Shown: piece by piece, positions 39,750 to 53,955 of the stretch
Layout of the letters: each line of letters opens with the position of its first letter
Numbering within the stretch: the first letter of the stretch is position 1
NCBI GenBank assembly: GCA_951406725.2
Contig: OX597819.1
Location: 95,170,001 to 95,234,000, forward strand
Source: Octopus vulgaris
Taxonomy: Eukaryota
Length of the DNA stretch: 64,000 nt
Direction: 5' to 3'
Notes under the pieces: generated by a model
Seen by the model: the letters and a program-made list of their open reading frames with translations, nothing else
Told to the model about the DNA's origin: nothing
Databases searched by the model: none
Made by a program: the position numbers and the translations under genes

Positions 39750-42567
39750 GTGGAAATTGAACCAAGAAACGAAAAATGTGAATGAAATTCTGAAATACAT
39801 CAGAACAAAAAACATCACAGGAACAAATAATTTGATCAAGACAGCAAGTATTGTTGTAACAGAAAATTTGGGTGTTGATGTCAAGAAAAAGAAATATAAT
39901 GGGAGTGACAAAAGAAAAGATCCATGGTGGAAAAGAAGAGTATAGGCAGGGTTAGATATGCTCTCGAAGGACATTTCTGTGTTAGTCCGAAAAGAAAAGG
40001 GGGAGCTTAAAAGCGAACAAAAATATATGGCACTGAGCAGGAAATATAATATTGAAAGAAAGAGCCTGGAAGTGGTAATGGAGGAACTGAAACAGCGCCT
40101 CGTTGCAAAGAAAGCAAAGATAGTAAGATACCAGCAGAATAGGTTACTCAGTGTAGATCAGAAGAGACTCTACAAAAAACTAAATGGAGAATGTACAGAC
40201 GAAAAGATGATACCAGATAACATTGAAAGTCAAAGGTTTTGGAGTAACCTCTGGAGAAAAGACAAGGAGCACAAGAAGGATACTGAATGGTTGCAAGAAC
40301 TGAAACAAACAGTAGTCTGTCCAAAACAGGCAGAACTACTCATTTCAGTTAGGGAAGTGAAGGAAATCAGCAAAAAAAGGGCAACTGGAAGGCCCCAGGA
40401 CCAGATGGAGTTCAAGGCTACTGAATATCATGCACGAATAGCTGCACAATTCAACACCTTGTTAAATGCCGACCAAGTAACACCAGAGTGGTTGACAATG
40501 GGTGGAACAGTGCTGTGCTTGAAAAACAGTGAAAAGGGCAATATGGTAGACAATTACAGGCCGATATCCTGCTTGCTACTTATGTGGAAGCTATTGACTG
40601 GAGTAGTCGCAGAGTCAATGTACGAATATCTGGAAAAGAATGGAGTCCTGCCACATGAGCAGATGGGTTGCAAGGATAAGTGCAGAGGTACCAAAAATCA
40701 ACTCCTCGTAGACAAAACTGTTCTCAGAAACTGCAAGAGGAGGAAAAGTAACTTAGCCATGTCATGGATCGATTATAGTAAGGCGTACGATATGATCCCA
40801 CATTCTTGGATTATGGAATGTATGAACCTATTTGGTATTGCATTGAATGTTGAGCGATTGCTTGGAAAATATATGGCGAAGTGGAGAACGGAACTGACAC
40901 CATATAGAAGAAGTTTAGGGACAATAGAAATCAGGAGAGACATCTTCCAAGCGGACTGCCTGTTCCCACTGATCTTTGTACAGTGCATGATACCACTAAC
41001 ACTGATTCTGAGGAAAGCAAAGGCTGAGTATGTATTGAAAAGCCGCTTACAAAAAGTCGACCACTTATTATTCATGAATGACCTCAAACTTTACAGCAAA
41101 GATGAATCCCAAATCAGTTCCCTTGTTGATACGGTGTATACGTTTAGTGCTGATATCAGAATGGAGTTCTGACAGAAAAAGTGTGGTGTGTTAATCTTGA
41201 AGAGAGGTAAAATTAAATGTATAGAAGAGACGGGCTATAAGTACTTGGGGATATTGGAAATGGATAAATTGGAGAAAGAAATGACAGAAAAATTGAAGGT
41301 GGAGTACTTGCGCAGACTGAGACTAATCCTTAAGTCGAAATTAAACGGACGGAATAAAATTAGAGCTATCAACACCTGGGCGGTTTCACTCCTTAGATAG
41401 GGAACAGAGGTAATCGCATGGACAGCAGACGAAGTAAACAGCTTAGACAGAAAGACAAGGAAGTCTCTGACTAGATAAGGGATACTCCACCCAAAATGTG
41501 ACATAGACAGACTGTATGTACCAAGAAAAAGAGAGGCAAGAGGAAGAGGACTGATTGAATGCGAACACAGCATTAAAGAAGAAGAAAACAACATAGCTTG
41601 GTATGTAAAAAGTGCCACAGAACCACTATTATTGGAAGTAAGAAGGTCAGGCATGTGTAGGATGGAAGATTGCAAAGATAAAGCACTGTACAAGCACTTG
41701 AGAATAAATGAAACTGAAAATAGGTGGATAAAGAAAAAATACAAGGACAATTTCATAGGGATGTTGAAGATAAGACAGACAGAAAAAAAGATGGCTATGG
41801 ATTACTAAAAGTGATTTAAAACCGGAAACGGAGGTTCTAAAATCTGTGCTACCCAACAGCAAGCACTAAGAACGAATTACACTAAATACAAAATAGACAA
41901 CACATCAGAAAGTGATAAGTGCAGAATTTGTGGACAAAAAGGTGAAACCGCATGGCATACTACCAGTCAATGTACGCCACTAGCCAGAAAGAATATAAGA
42001 GGCGTGATGATAATATAGCAAAGATTGTCCATTGGACACTTTGCAACAAGTATGGATTTGACAGAGCAAAAAAGTGGTACAAACCCGAAGGCATCATCGA
42101 AAATGATAATGCAAAAATCCTATTGGATTTTATTATTCAGTGCGACCATGAGATAGAGAATAAGAAGCCAGACATAGTGTTGATTGAGAAAGAAAGCAAA
42201 CGATGCTGGATCACAGATATAGCATACCCAGCTGACAACAAGGTATGCGATAAGAAAGAAAGAAAAGTCGACAGATATGACCGGTGAGCTTGGGAGGTTA
42301 AGCAGTTGTGGACGATGAAAAAGGCGGTAGTTGTACCAATAATTGTCGGGGCCCTGGTAAAAATCAGTGAGTAAAAATCTTGAAAAATATTTTGGGACAA
42401 ATAGGAGTTGCAACAAGGGTGGATCACTTGCAGAAAACAGTACTGCTTGGAACCGCTCGAATACTCCGGATAGTGCTCGAAAAATAAGGGGTGTTACTTT
42501 AGTTCACTGGTAGTGAATAGCTGGCACCGTAGTACATCTCCAGCAATAGAAGCTGTGCAAAGACAAT
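39749..42567 (+). mobile_element. R4/Dong-clade non-LTR retrotransposon: RT, CCHC knuckle and restriction-like endonuclease; 5'-truncated, several stops
   Basis: PWWKRR; NYRPISCL; EQMGC; WIDYSKAYDMIPHSWI; IFQADCLFPLIF; HLLFMNDLKLY; YKYLG; CRICGQKGETAWHTTSQC; KPDIVL...DIAYP; IIVGAL; ends directly in (TAA)n. Confidence 0.95.
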
Positions 42568-42756
<189 letters not shown>

Positions 42757-42758
<2 letters not shown>

Positions 42759-42972
42759 TGTCCCAGTAGTTATAGACGTACTAGGTTCCGTTACCAGCAG
42801 ATTTGGTAGTTTTCTTAATGTGATCGGTGTAAGTACGAGAGTTGCATCATACAGAAATCTCTATTAGCAACAGCAAGGATTGTACGAAAGGTCTTTGATA
42901 TGTAAGGAAACTGGTTGACTCGTTATCAAGGACATTGATTCCAAATGTAACACATCTGGACATGCCATTAAA
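42757..42972 (+). mobile_element. 3' end of a second Dong/R4-like family
   Basis: VPVVIDVLGSV...IQKS.LLATARIVRKVFDM*; short UTR ending ATTAAA(TAA)n. Confidence 0.75.
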
Positions 42973-44574
42973 TAATAATAATAATAATAATAGTAGTAAT
43001 GATGATGATGATGATGAAATGAAGAAAAGAAAAGAGGCAGAGGAGGGAATGAGGCGGAAGAGGAAGAAGAGGATGCAGAAAAGAGGATGCAGTAAAGATC
43101 CAGTAGATTAATAAAAAAAATTCCGGTGAAAACTGTATTAACCCGAGAAAAAGCTATAGGTTGAATTCCATGCTATCTTCAGATAAAGATCTGGTTTTGA
43201 CGTAGATATAAGGTTTTGAGGCCCTGCGTTTATATGAGAAAATCATCTCTTTATGTCTATTCAGTGGATTGCGCTAAGCAAATAAAATGGCTAAGCTTTC
43301 TCACGAACATAAATTGATAGGTCTGCTTACGGAGCCTTCATTTTCCATTTGAGTGTGTAGTTAGTATTTTTAATATTCACCAAATAAATTTTTCGTGTGA
43401 TGTTTCATTTTTTTTCTATTCGAGTTTCTAAATGTGTGTGTGTGGTAGTTGAGGCTTAGTTTAAAAGGTGTAGAAGTGGAACCTATTCATATATGTAGAT
43501 TGAATTATTACTGGTAACTTTATATTGGTAGATTATATCATTATCTAAGCATTTATGATCTCAATAGCAATTACAAAAATTAATGCAGTTACATTTAGTA
43601 TCAAAATATATAATACAATAATTGGTGCAGTTATGTTTTTCTTTTTTTATTCGTTGGTTAGAGGACCCCAGAATTGAATGTAGTGGAGTAAGATCATTTT
43701 ATTGTATTTTTATCAAAAATTCTATAGCATAGTGGAAATGTTTTCAAAGGAAGTGTAAGAGAAATTATAGCTACCGAGTTATCTACAGCTTAGTTAAATT
43801 CTGATATACATCAGAACAAAAAACACATGCTATGTCTTGTTCTGTTTTTGTTTTATTTCTACTGTTAATATTACTTGTAATTGCTTGTTATGTAGGTTGT
43901 ATGTAGGTTCTAAGTAGGTTGTATTTAGGTTCTAATCTTTCTACAGCCGTTCCTAACAAAGGCTTCATTATAATAAGATACTGTTTCATTAAAGATTTGC
44001 GTGATAGCGGAGAGGTTTGCGATTCTGAGTGAAATGTTCTTAAGATTATTAATTATACTTTTGGGAGATAAGAAAAAAAGTATGTATTTTAACAACTTGT
44101 CTGATTTCTTAAATGATTAGTAGAATGATTTAGAAAGATCGACTGTTACATCTAGGCAGTCAAATTTGAAAACTGGTTTTATTAATAATAGAAGATCCGA
44201 AATCATTGAATAATAAGTATAGGACTTGTCGACACTTTTTATTTAACAACAGTAGTTCATAAAGTCAAAACATACCTCTTACTAAGTGCATGAATTTAAA
44301 AATAAGAAATGACCGACGAGTTCGCTTATTTCTGCCGAGTCTGCTGAACCCATATTCACATCATATTATGGAAACTTTTTTACCCATAAAGGATTAGTAA
44401 TTTAAAATCATTTTCCATATGTATGTGACAATGTCAATGTCCGATTCCTTGATTGAGATGTTTTACACTTTTACCACCCTCCCTCTTCTAAGTAAGGTCT
44501 TCAGCATTTCAAAGCCTTGTTTCAAGAGGGAGAGTGATAGAAATGTAAAATTTCTTAACACTCCCTTCTACTAT

Positions 44575-45007
44575 CGCTACAAAGCCTAAAATTTTGGAGT
44601 AGTGGGTAAGTCGTGGACTACATCGACCCCAGTGCTTGACTGGTACTTATTTTATCGACTCTGAAAAGGATGAAAGCAAAGTCAACCTCGGCGGAATTTG
44701 AACACAGAACCTAAAGACAGATTCAATGATACGAAGCATTTTGTCCGGCGTGATAAGGATTCTGCCAGCTCACCGCCTCCTCAGTATAAGTTTCAAATTT
44801 TGGTACGAGGCCAACAAGTTCGGGGGAGGAGGGATAAGTCGATTGCATTGACCCTAGTGTTCAACTAGTACTTATATTATCGAGACCTGAAAGGGTGAAA
44901 GGCAACTTCTACTTCGGCCAAATTTGATGTCAGAACGTAAAGACGGACAAAATGCCACTAAGCAGCTTGTCCGGCGTGCAATCGCTTCTGCCAGCTGGCC
45001 GTCTCCT
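44575..45007 (-). mobile_element. two head-to-tail older SINE family A copies
   Basis: Two units, each AAGTCGA..GACCC.AGTG..ACT.GTACTT..ATCGA...TCTGCCAGCT. Confidence 0.8.
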
Positions 45008-45402
45008 CATTATTAAAATGTAAAAACCTATGATAATATGAGGAATCTTGTTGAACAATCAAATTGTTGTTGTTTTTTAAATTTTTTAGCTATAGTGTTA
45101 AAGGTGATACTTCTATAATGCATTGTGATTTGATTTAGAGACGTAACAATTATAGTACACTATTCATGCTTGTGGTAAAACATGTAGATACATAGAAAGA
45201 TAGGAAGATAGTGAAGTAGATCAGTCCCAAATAATGGCATAACTGTCTGTCTGTCTTAAACTACGTATGTGTGTGTGTGTGTGTGTGTGTGAGAAAAGTT
45301 ATTTTAATAAGTAGCTGAAACAGTTAAAACTTGAAGAAATGTTCATTGTATATTTTATCTTGTTAATCCTATTGACTCACCGGAAAACTGCATCATACAC
45401 AC

Positions 45403-45459
<57 letters not shown>

Positions 45460-46129
45460 TATATATATATATATGTTTGAAAGTCTATGAGAGCATGTTT
45501 GTGTGTGCGCGCGTGTGTGAGAATCTATATATAGCTACTTCCATTGAGTCAATAAGCTTAATACACACGCGCGCACACACTAACACACACACACACATAC
45601 ACATACACACAGAGTCTGAGATATCTCCCTATTCAAGGATAGTTATGTGTGTTAAGTAGGGATAGATGGGGTGGCAGAGAAATAGAAAAGAGAATAGTTA
45701 GGTATTTGTTTATCCTGCAGCACTATTCATCTCAACCCGCTTCCAACACTTTAAATACCACCAACGTTACTATTACCACATCCACCACCAACTCTACCAC
45801 CACCAACAGTAATAACAGCACCAACACCATAACCAAGGCAGCACCTTCACGACCAGTACCCACACCACAAACCCCACGGAAACCACGACTTCAAGACCAT
45901 CACCACGGCTTAGAGCCTAGCTCAGCCATACTTCTTCAGATGCCTGCAGCTGTAATTGATGTCTCTATGGTTCTGCTGTGGGGGAAAACAATGTAAATAT
46001 TATACTCATCACACACACGTGTGAGCGCGCGCGCACGCACGCATGCACACACACACACACACACACGCACATACACACATACACACAAGCATTTTTACAC
46101 GCGTGCGTATGTGCATGCATGTATGAAGA

Positions 46130-46300
<171 letters not shown>

Positions 46301-46953
46301 AGATAGACACGTGGGCGTGTGTGTATGTGTAGATATGTATTTGTGTGTGGGTGTGGATGTGCGTGCGTGTGTGTGTGTGTGTATGCTTCTGTTTATAAAC
46401 GAAAGAAATTATCACCAAATACATGGCATAGTGTTGGAAGAATCAGTAGCCGATTCATTCTATAGTTACTCAGAGTTTCACGTACGTACGGTAAATACGT
46501 GACCAACCTATATATATATATATATAAGACAAAATGGGAAAAGAACGCAAAACATCCAGACAGTTAGGTGATACAAAAAAGGGACAACAAAACATCCATA
46601 TAGACGATACACAGAAAACAAGGACGGGTCATTCCGAGTTTTCTTACCTCAGTCGAGTTCCAGATTATCTTTGTGATTTTGGCTGGTTATACTCCAGTTT
46701 GCTCCAATCTGGCCAGTCCCAAAGAAAAACTAAGCTAAGAGCATTAGCTTCCTTGGAAGAAAAGAAAACAGCGAATGTATACGAAAACAAGGATGGAAAA
46801 AAAACGGAGAATGTTACACAAATACAAATAACAGGACATAACAATAGGTGTCTTTCGACTAAGGACAAATTAAATTAAGCTGATATATATATATTTATAA
46901 ATTAGAAAAATAGATTACACAGGATAAACTATGCTTATGTTATGAACCTCATT

Positions 46954-47034
46954 AGCTCACAGCTGTTTCTGCTATAAGATGCAGTGCACTCGCAGTTGAG
47001 TGCCTGGATAGTATCTCATAGCTTTATCGGAGCC
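46954..47034 (-). ncRNA. degenerate minimal type I hammerhead ribozyme (PLE-type)
   Basis: Minus strand: GGCT-CCGATAA-A-GCTATGAGAT..loop..ATCTTATAGC-A-GAAA-CAGCTG-TG-AGCT. Stems I and II and a palindromic stem III are present; three transitions in the core relative to CUGAUGA/GUH. Confidence 0.6.
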
Positions 47035-47969
47035 TCGAATATGAAGTGCAATTTATTTGGGAAAAAGTATTACATTTGTATAAAATACAGGGTAGGCATT
47101 ACCAGTGAGAAAGTCATCGAGTGAAAAGTGCAGAGTTGGTGATGTAGGTGTGTTGCTGCATTCCATCTGCTTGTAAAAATCTTTTAGGTACAGCTCGCTT
47201 CCACTAGCTGTTCGATGTATTGAACCGGTAAGCAACCATATGTCTTTTATATCAGCACACAAACTCTTTTTTGAGAAGTATCCAACCAAACCTCCAGCCC
47301 CATGCAGATTTAATAGGGTAATTTCGGAAAACAGTGGTCTTCAGAAGTACAGTGTAAGCACCCCTTCTAATCGATACGCCATAGTTATCACCAGCCACTG
47401 CCGTATTGCTTTGTGGGTGAGTCCAGCAAGGGAAAGTCTTAGGAAGTACACCTTAACTGGAAGGTGTAAACTGTGAAGGTCAGTTTTGAGGCGGTTTCCG
47501 ACAGACTGGATTTCTGACACAGCCTCCCGCAGCTGAGAGACGATACAACTCATTCTTAAGTCTCTTTTGCCACTGGACTGATCGCCTTCACATAGTTACA
47601 ATGAGAAATGAACACCCCTAACGTCTCTATAAAGCTTGTGTGCACGGATATCTTTTCAATCCCTAGTGTTTGACGGCGATAGGGAAGCTAACGTTGGGAG
47701 CAGGTTTGAATGTGTTGTAGGCTTTGAATTAGAACTCTACATTTGAACAGCTCAGAGCAGCAGTTTCTGATAGCTGGTACTGAGTGGGGGCTTCTTCCGA
47801 CATGCCCCTGTACAAATGAACAACCCTATTTAGATAAATGCTGCTCATCCCAACCGGGCAGGCCCTAGAGAAGATGCCCTATAAATTATCCACTCAGCTC
47901 CTTTGCAGGACATGAAACCGTACCTGCCAAGACACTTCATAAAACAGTCATAAATAAAGGAATGTGACA

Positions 47970-48500
47970 CACTACTTAGGCTCCTCGCTTGTAGTATACA
48001 GGCTTAACTTGATATTGACAATTCGACAAACGGGCCCCAGCGAGGAACGGCCCTACAACTCAATTAACTGAGATGCTACAGTATAGTTACCGCTGCACCC
48101 AGTGAGCTCGTGCTACTGAGGGAAGGCTCCATTAAGGAGATTGGTGAGTTACGCTAATTTTTCAGGAAGTCATCTCGAGAGTGGACATCACAAGCATTGA
48201 ATCAGCTTTGCTGTGAAGAATAGTCTGCTTCCTGACAAGGTCATCAGTCTTAACTAATATCAGTTCACATTTTCTTTTTACGAGACGTTATGCTGCTTGC
48301 TATATGTCAATGCATCAATTCTGTCATCTACTATTCAGGGACAAAACTTGCTTCAGATACAAAATCACAACAAAAGCATTCTTATAGATTTTAATGCAAG
48401 AGCTGAAAACTGTACAGTTGATCGAGTACTCGAGGACCATTGTGTTGGGAAAATAACAGCAATGGTTTCTATTTTGGGAAATAGTCGTCATCAACCATCT
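47970..48500 (+). mobile_element. RTE-clade LINE apurinic endonuclease relic (possible 5' UTR from about 47640)
   Basis: GPQRGTAL..ELRCYSIVTAAPSE (about RPERRTAL..ELARYNIDIAALSE); EGSIKE; FAVKNSL; DFNAR; HCVGK. Confidence 0.7.
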
Positions 48501-49082
48501 TGGCAAGCCACTGGCCTTTGATCGAAGGTGTTACTTAACGCTTGAAATGACTTGAACTGGGCAGCATTCCACCAAAGATATTGTAGGACAATAATTGCTT
48601 AAACACGAAAACTCTTCATCGTTACATCACAAGTGTATAGAAACAGTAATATATACCTTAACACTGAAAGATGCACAGACACACACACACACACACACAC
48701 ACAAGCACACATACACACACATACGCACGCACGCACACACACACACATACACACACAGGGGCATGCGCCGTTGGTTTTAAGCCTGTAACTAATAAATAAC
48801 TTGCTTCATTGAAATATTGGTATGTAATGGTTATGTATAACGATCAATGAATGTTGGAATTACCAATTTGTAACGGTTAAGTGTAAGATCCAATTTTAAC
48901 AGTTTATAAACATTGGAGGAAAGCAATTATAACATCATGTGTTGCAAATAAATGCACCGAATAAATGGGAGAATAAGTTATTAATTGTTAGTTGAAATGG
49001 ACCTTTATTTAATATCGTCATCATTACAATGTAGAAGCCCACTTATTATACTTGTAAATGTACAAAGATTATTTATAGTCCA

Positions 49083-49130
49083 TAGATAGGTAACTTCACA
49101 GATAGGTAACTTTATAGATAGGTAACTTCA
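49083..49130. repeat. 16-bp tandem repeat x3 (AGATAGGTAACTTCA/TA)
   Basis: Direct reading. Confidence 0.85.
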
Positions 49131-49954
49131 TCTTTGGGTGACTACTAGAGAGAGAAAGGATAATAGGGTTTAGTCAAGTGGAAAATGTAAGAAATGTATT
49201 GTCAAGCTATAAGCAAAAGGAGAAAACGAGGTGTTCTCTCTGAGTAGGTACCAAGTGACCAGAGAGGAACTAATTTGAAGTTGCTTATTTATATTCTTCC
49301 TAACCAAACTAAGTCAGGCTAAATAAAGGACCTTTCCTCCCTATCAGCTTTGATCCATGTATGACTCGAAAAAGGCTAAGAGGTCAGTTTACTCTCGTAA
49401 ATTTCTAAGTGCAACAGACGAGAACAATAAGCAGAGAACTTGTAGGAAAATATATATTAGCTTCAAGTATATAAGCAAGAAAGAATTAAGTAAAAGAAAA
49501 TTAAAATAAAAGGAACATTTAATAGATCAAAGTACTTTTAAATTTTTAACATCATCTAGTGTCATAGAGTAGATTTCCATCTTCTGTTGCCATCTTCTTA
49601 TGTATTGTCTCTAAAGAATCAATTTAGTTCACGCGTGCTCCCTTCTCCTCCTTTTTGTCTTTCTCTATATAATAACACATGTATATACAGGTACAAAGAG
49701 ATACATTCTTACGAATATAACAACTATATTATCTGCTTGTCTTTCAATACATATGAATGTATGCACACAGATAAACCTAGATAACGTTTTCCGATTAATC
49801 GTTAAAATCATTTAGTTAAATTATAAAGCCAATACTTTTAAAAAAGGAATTTCTTATTTTTAACAATTGCATCTCAAATGAACTAAACGTATTTAACAAT
49901 CCTCTTGTTACAAACACATATATACATACATACACGCAAGCACACACACACACG

Positions 49955-50011
<57 letters not shown>

Positions 50012-50143
50012 ACACACACGTATATATATATATATATATATAAAAGAAAAGGAGGTAGTTAGGATTTTGGATTAAAATTATTTATTTAACGCTTTCATGT
50101 CATTTGAGAGATTCATGAAAGACATATTTACAGAAACTTCATG

Positions 50144-50182
<39 letters not shown>

Positions 50183-50311
50183 ATTGAGGTAATCAGATCA
50201 GATGGTTCATATTTGTAGATATTTATTTATATATTACATTTTTTTACATATATATCATATCATATCATTCGGATTTCGGATTAGCGCTTGCTCCCATTCT
50301 AGTGGGCTATT

Positions 50312-50345
<34 letters not shown>

Positions 50346-51754
50346 TGTATGTATGTATGTATGTATGTATGTATGTATGTGAGTTACCTGAAAAAATCTG
50401 GAGTTGAATTGAGAAGAGGATGCTCTTAGTATTACAATGACTGGAAGAAAGTTGACTTTTTGAATTGTCATCAGTTTCAACCATCTTAGAAAAAGACCCA
50501 TTTCTTTTATTTTTTTATTCATCTCTTTCTTTCCTTTTCCCTTTTTCATCTCTCTAACCAAGCCCCCAAAAATTCACCACACACGTGCATACTCATATAT
50601 ACATACGCACATATACATACGCATATAGATTCAAAATAACGAAAAACATCTTCTTCGTACTTCTTCACACTATGGCCTATAAATTAGATAATTAATTCAT
50701 TAGTTACGTATCTAATTGATTAAGTGGCTTGCTAAAGTGCTCTGATCACACCTTATGACCTTATTTTTGAAAAAAGAGCCCTTTTACACCTCCATAACTT
50801 ACATAGTCTTTGTCCTATCCTCTTTGCCGTGTGACCTATATTTATCTATGCTTATTTTTATGCATAATTACACACATATGCACATACAAGAGGCATGAAT
50901 ACGTGTATGTCACGCAGTAAAATGCGAAGCAATTTCCATCGTGTTATTTATGTTTAACTTGTTAGTGTGTGTGTGTGTGTGCGCGCGCGTTCAAGCGTAT
51001 GCGTGTGCATTACTTTTAATTAAGATGATACTTATGTTGTGACAGCTTATGTATGTGATCGTGAGCGTCTATGTGTGTGTGTGTGTGTGTGTGTGCAGGA
51101 GTTGGGTGTGCTGAACTTGTGTTGAACTTTTGAACTTTGAACTTCACGCCTACACATATTTGTGCATGCGCACGTGTGTGTATGTGTGTGTTTGTGATTT
51201 ATGTATATATTTGAGTGTGTGGTATATTTATGTATATTTGCGTGGTAGGGAGTGGTTATGTGTGTATATAAGCATAGTTGAACGTGTGTGTGTGTACTTT
51301 TTGTTGTCTTCGTCTTGTTTTGTTTGTAGCTTGTCATTTATGTCTTATAATCCATTCATAACTGTTGGTAACACTTATTGGCATGTCTCATCACAAATAT
51401 TTATCCAAGTTTATTTTTATACGTACACATTTCCATTCACTCGCACGCATGCACATACACATGCATGTATAATAGGTTAATCCTTTATTTCACATTATGT
51501 ATTAAATATGTATTATTGTAATTTTTCTTGTTAGTTTGTGTTTGGGCAGCTGTATTAGTGGTAGAACTTACGTTTGTAACGAGCTTAGTGATGTGTGAAT
51601 ATCCTCGTGCACTTTTGGGGTGCACAAAGCAATCACTCACTAGCCGTTGCTTTAATAATCCAGAATCTCTACAAGTCAGAAACAAAAAGACGCAGACGTA
51701 AAATATACATATAACTACTTTATTCTCTTTCTTGGTAAACAATAACAATAAGTG

Positions 51755-52181
51755 TGTTATCTGATGTCCTAGGTTCGGGCGCGCACCGCTATAAGTTAAT
51801 AGATTGTAATATTTACAATGTCCAGCCCAAAAACAGAAACGGATTCAAGATGGCGTCGAACAGGGAAGTTGAAATGTGGTCGGCAACAATTTGGTTAAAG
51901 GTATTTCGGCCGACTGCTGCTAGAATCAAGCCCTGACGGAGAGAGAATATACGCGTGACCGTCGCCTTCAATCGCTGGTTCCCAAGTCCTCGATGACTGC
52001 TGCTAGTGGTCAAACGTTCTACGAGCCCCCTGCCTCGCTAACTGCTACGTAGGCAATAGGGTTCTTCTTCCGGTGCTTCGCGCATGCGCGAGAGGGCCCT
52101 TCCTCTCACTTGGTGAAGGCACCAACACGCGCGAAATACAAATGGATAGTGCGCGAGCGCGCGCCGTTGTAGGATCACTAC
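51755..52181 (-). mobile_element. CpG-rich solo-LTR-like island
   Basis: TG...CACTACA boundaries, CpG-rich; carries the same motif set as 14131-14594 in reverse orientation; TSD not found. Confidence 0.45.
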
Positions 52182-53923
52182 ATGTTTGAGGTGTGGTGGT
52201 GAGGGATGTTATTCTAGTCATATTTCCCCTTCATGGTTCAGTTACCACGTCTAGTATGTGTATTAACTGTGTAACTTGTCTTAGTATCGTACCGTGCAGA
52301 AATGCAGAAACGATTGTTTTAATTTACTGTTGTTTATCTAACAAATATGCTTACTTTTGACTTATTACAGGGGTACTGATGTTGGTTCCTTTTCGATCTA
52401 TTTACATTTGTGTTCCTCTATTCTTTCACCCATACTCTGCTTAATTTTCCCTATATAAGTTGTTATAGTGTTTTTACAGTGACCTTCTGTGCGGCTCACA
52501 CGACATTAATACATTTGTATTCATGGGTTTGCTTTGCAGATCTGATGTTGTCATCAATACATTGTTTTTTTAATGGCTTTGTTCTACTGACTGGTGATAC
52601 AAATAAGGCTTCCCAGTTTCTTTTCTACATTAACTCTAAGCTTTACATTGTCTAAAACCTTCCTAAATTTGCGAGCTAATTTTCTTCTATAATCATTCGC
52701 ATTGCTTGATCGGAGCTTGAGTCATAATGAATCTTTCATTAGCTGATTACGCAATCATGAACGCTCCCCCTTTCGATACATTGTAGTTACTCTCTTAATA
52801 GAACTTTGTGATCCTGACCGTTGATCTTCCGGGATTCCTCCGCTCAGCATCAATGTAAGAATCGCTGTTATCTCACTTGAGCTCTTCCGCTCCCTCTTTA
52901 CATCCCGCTTGCTGCAGTCCCTTGACTTCGCCGTCTCCCCGACAGGGTGGCTGAACGGGTGCTATGCCTTGCCAAAGAGAAGCCCGTAACTAAGCAAGTA
53001 TTTTTAAGATTACTACATACCCCTCTTAGAGGTAACCTCAGCAAACACTCCTTGGAATTTGTCGTTATCATACCGTGAATCTGCTTTACCTAGTTTCTTC
53101 TTTATCCTTCCCAATCTGTTCCAAGATTTGCTCTGATACGTAGTAATATACTCCATTAGCATTATCGTTGATATCGGTTTGAAATGTATTTTGCTTCCTT
53201 TCTACTCTTTGATTTCTGTCCTGTTAGCTATATATGGAGAATTGCTTTCACTGGTTGAAACCTTGTATATACTTTTGTGATTCACAAATTCATAAATGCG
53301 AATTATGTATTTCAATACTTTTACAAAGCTCGGTACTGGGCGGTGGCATTGAAGTGTGGTTAAGACGGATTCTTCACTATCACGTGATACCGAGTTTGGA
53401 TCCCACTGCCCGGCGCCTTCCAAAAGGTATTCTGTTGTAACTTCAGATCCGTCCATGTTTTGTGAGGGGAATAAATTTGGGTTGAGTAAAAGCATACCGA
53501 ATCATTTTGAATAGACAGCGCTTGATATATAGCTGAATATACCTTCTTGCAGGCATCCTTACAAGTTTCTTGATATGAAGATAGCTCAATATTTTGAACG
53601 TTGCTTTTCAACTGCAGCTGTCTACGTATCATCGTCTATGCTTTTTCTTCTCAGTAGCCTCAGAGGCTCCCCACCACCAAAAACGAAAGCAGAAAGGAAG
53701 AAAAAGCGGGTTATGGACGCTGTATTCCCCTTCTGACTAAAACATGAAAACAAACAATTTAAAAAATGTACAAATGAACCAACCTATTGTTTGACGTCTA
53801 AATATATTACTGTATTTCCTCCAGTGGTACATTGGGAAATCTAATATTCTTTTTCAATAAGATGTAGTGTTAGCTGTAAATCACAAAATAGGGAAGGTTA
53901 CAGAAAATATGTCGTGTATGAAG

Positions 53924-53955
<32 letters not shown>

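Noticed and set aside
46620-46665. Hammerhead-like words (minus CTGAGGTA..CGGAA..GTC)
   Set aside because: Core and stems are both imperfect; the fold cannot be supported by eye.
47341-47343. In-frame TGA as selenocysteine, with a SECIS in the downstream hairpin
   Set aside because: The hairpin has ATGA on the 5' side but no matching GA quartet on the 3' side; it fits hammerhead stem II better.
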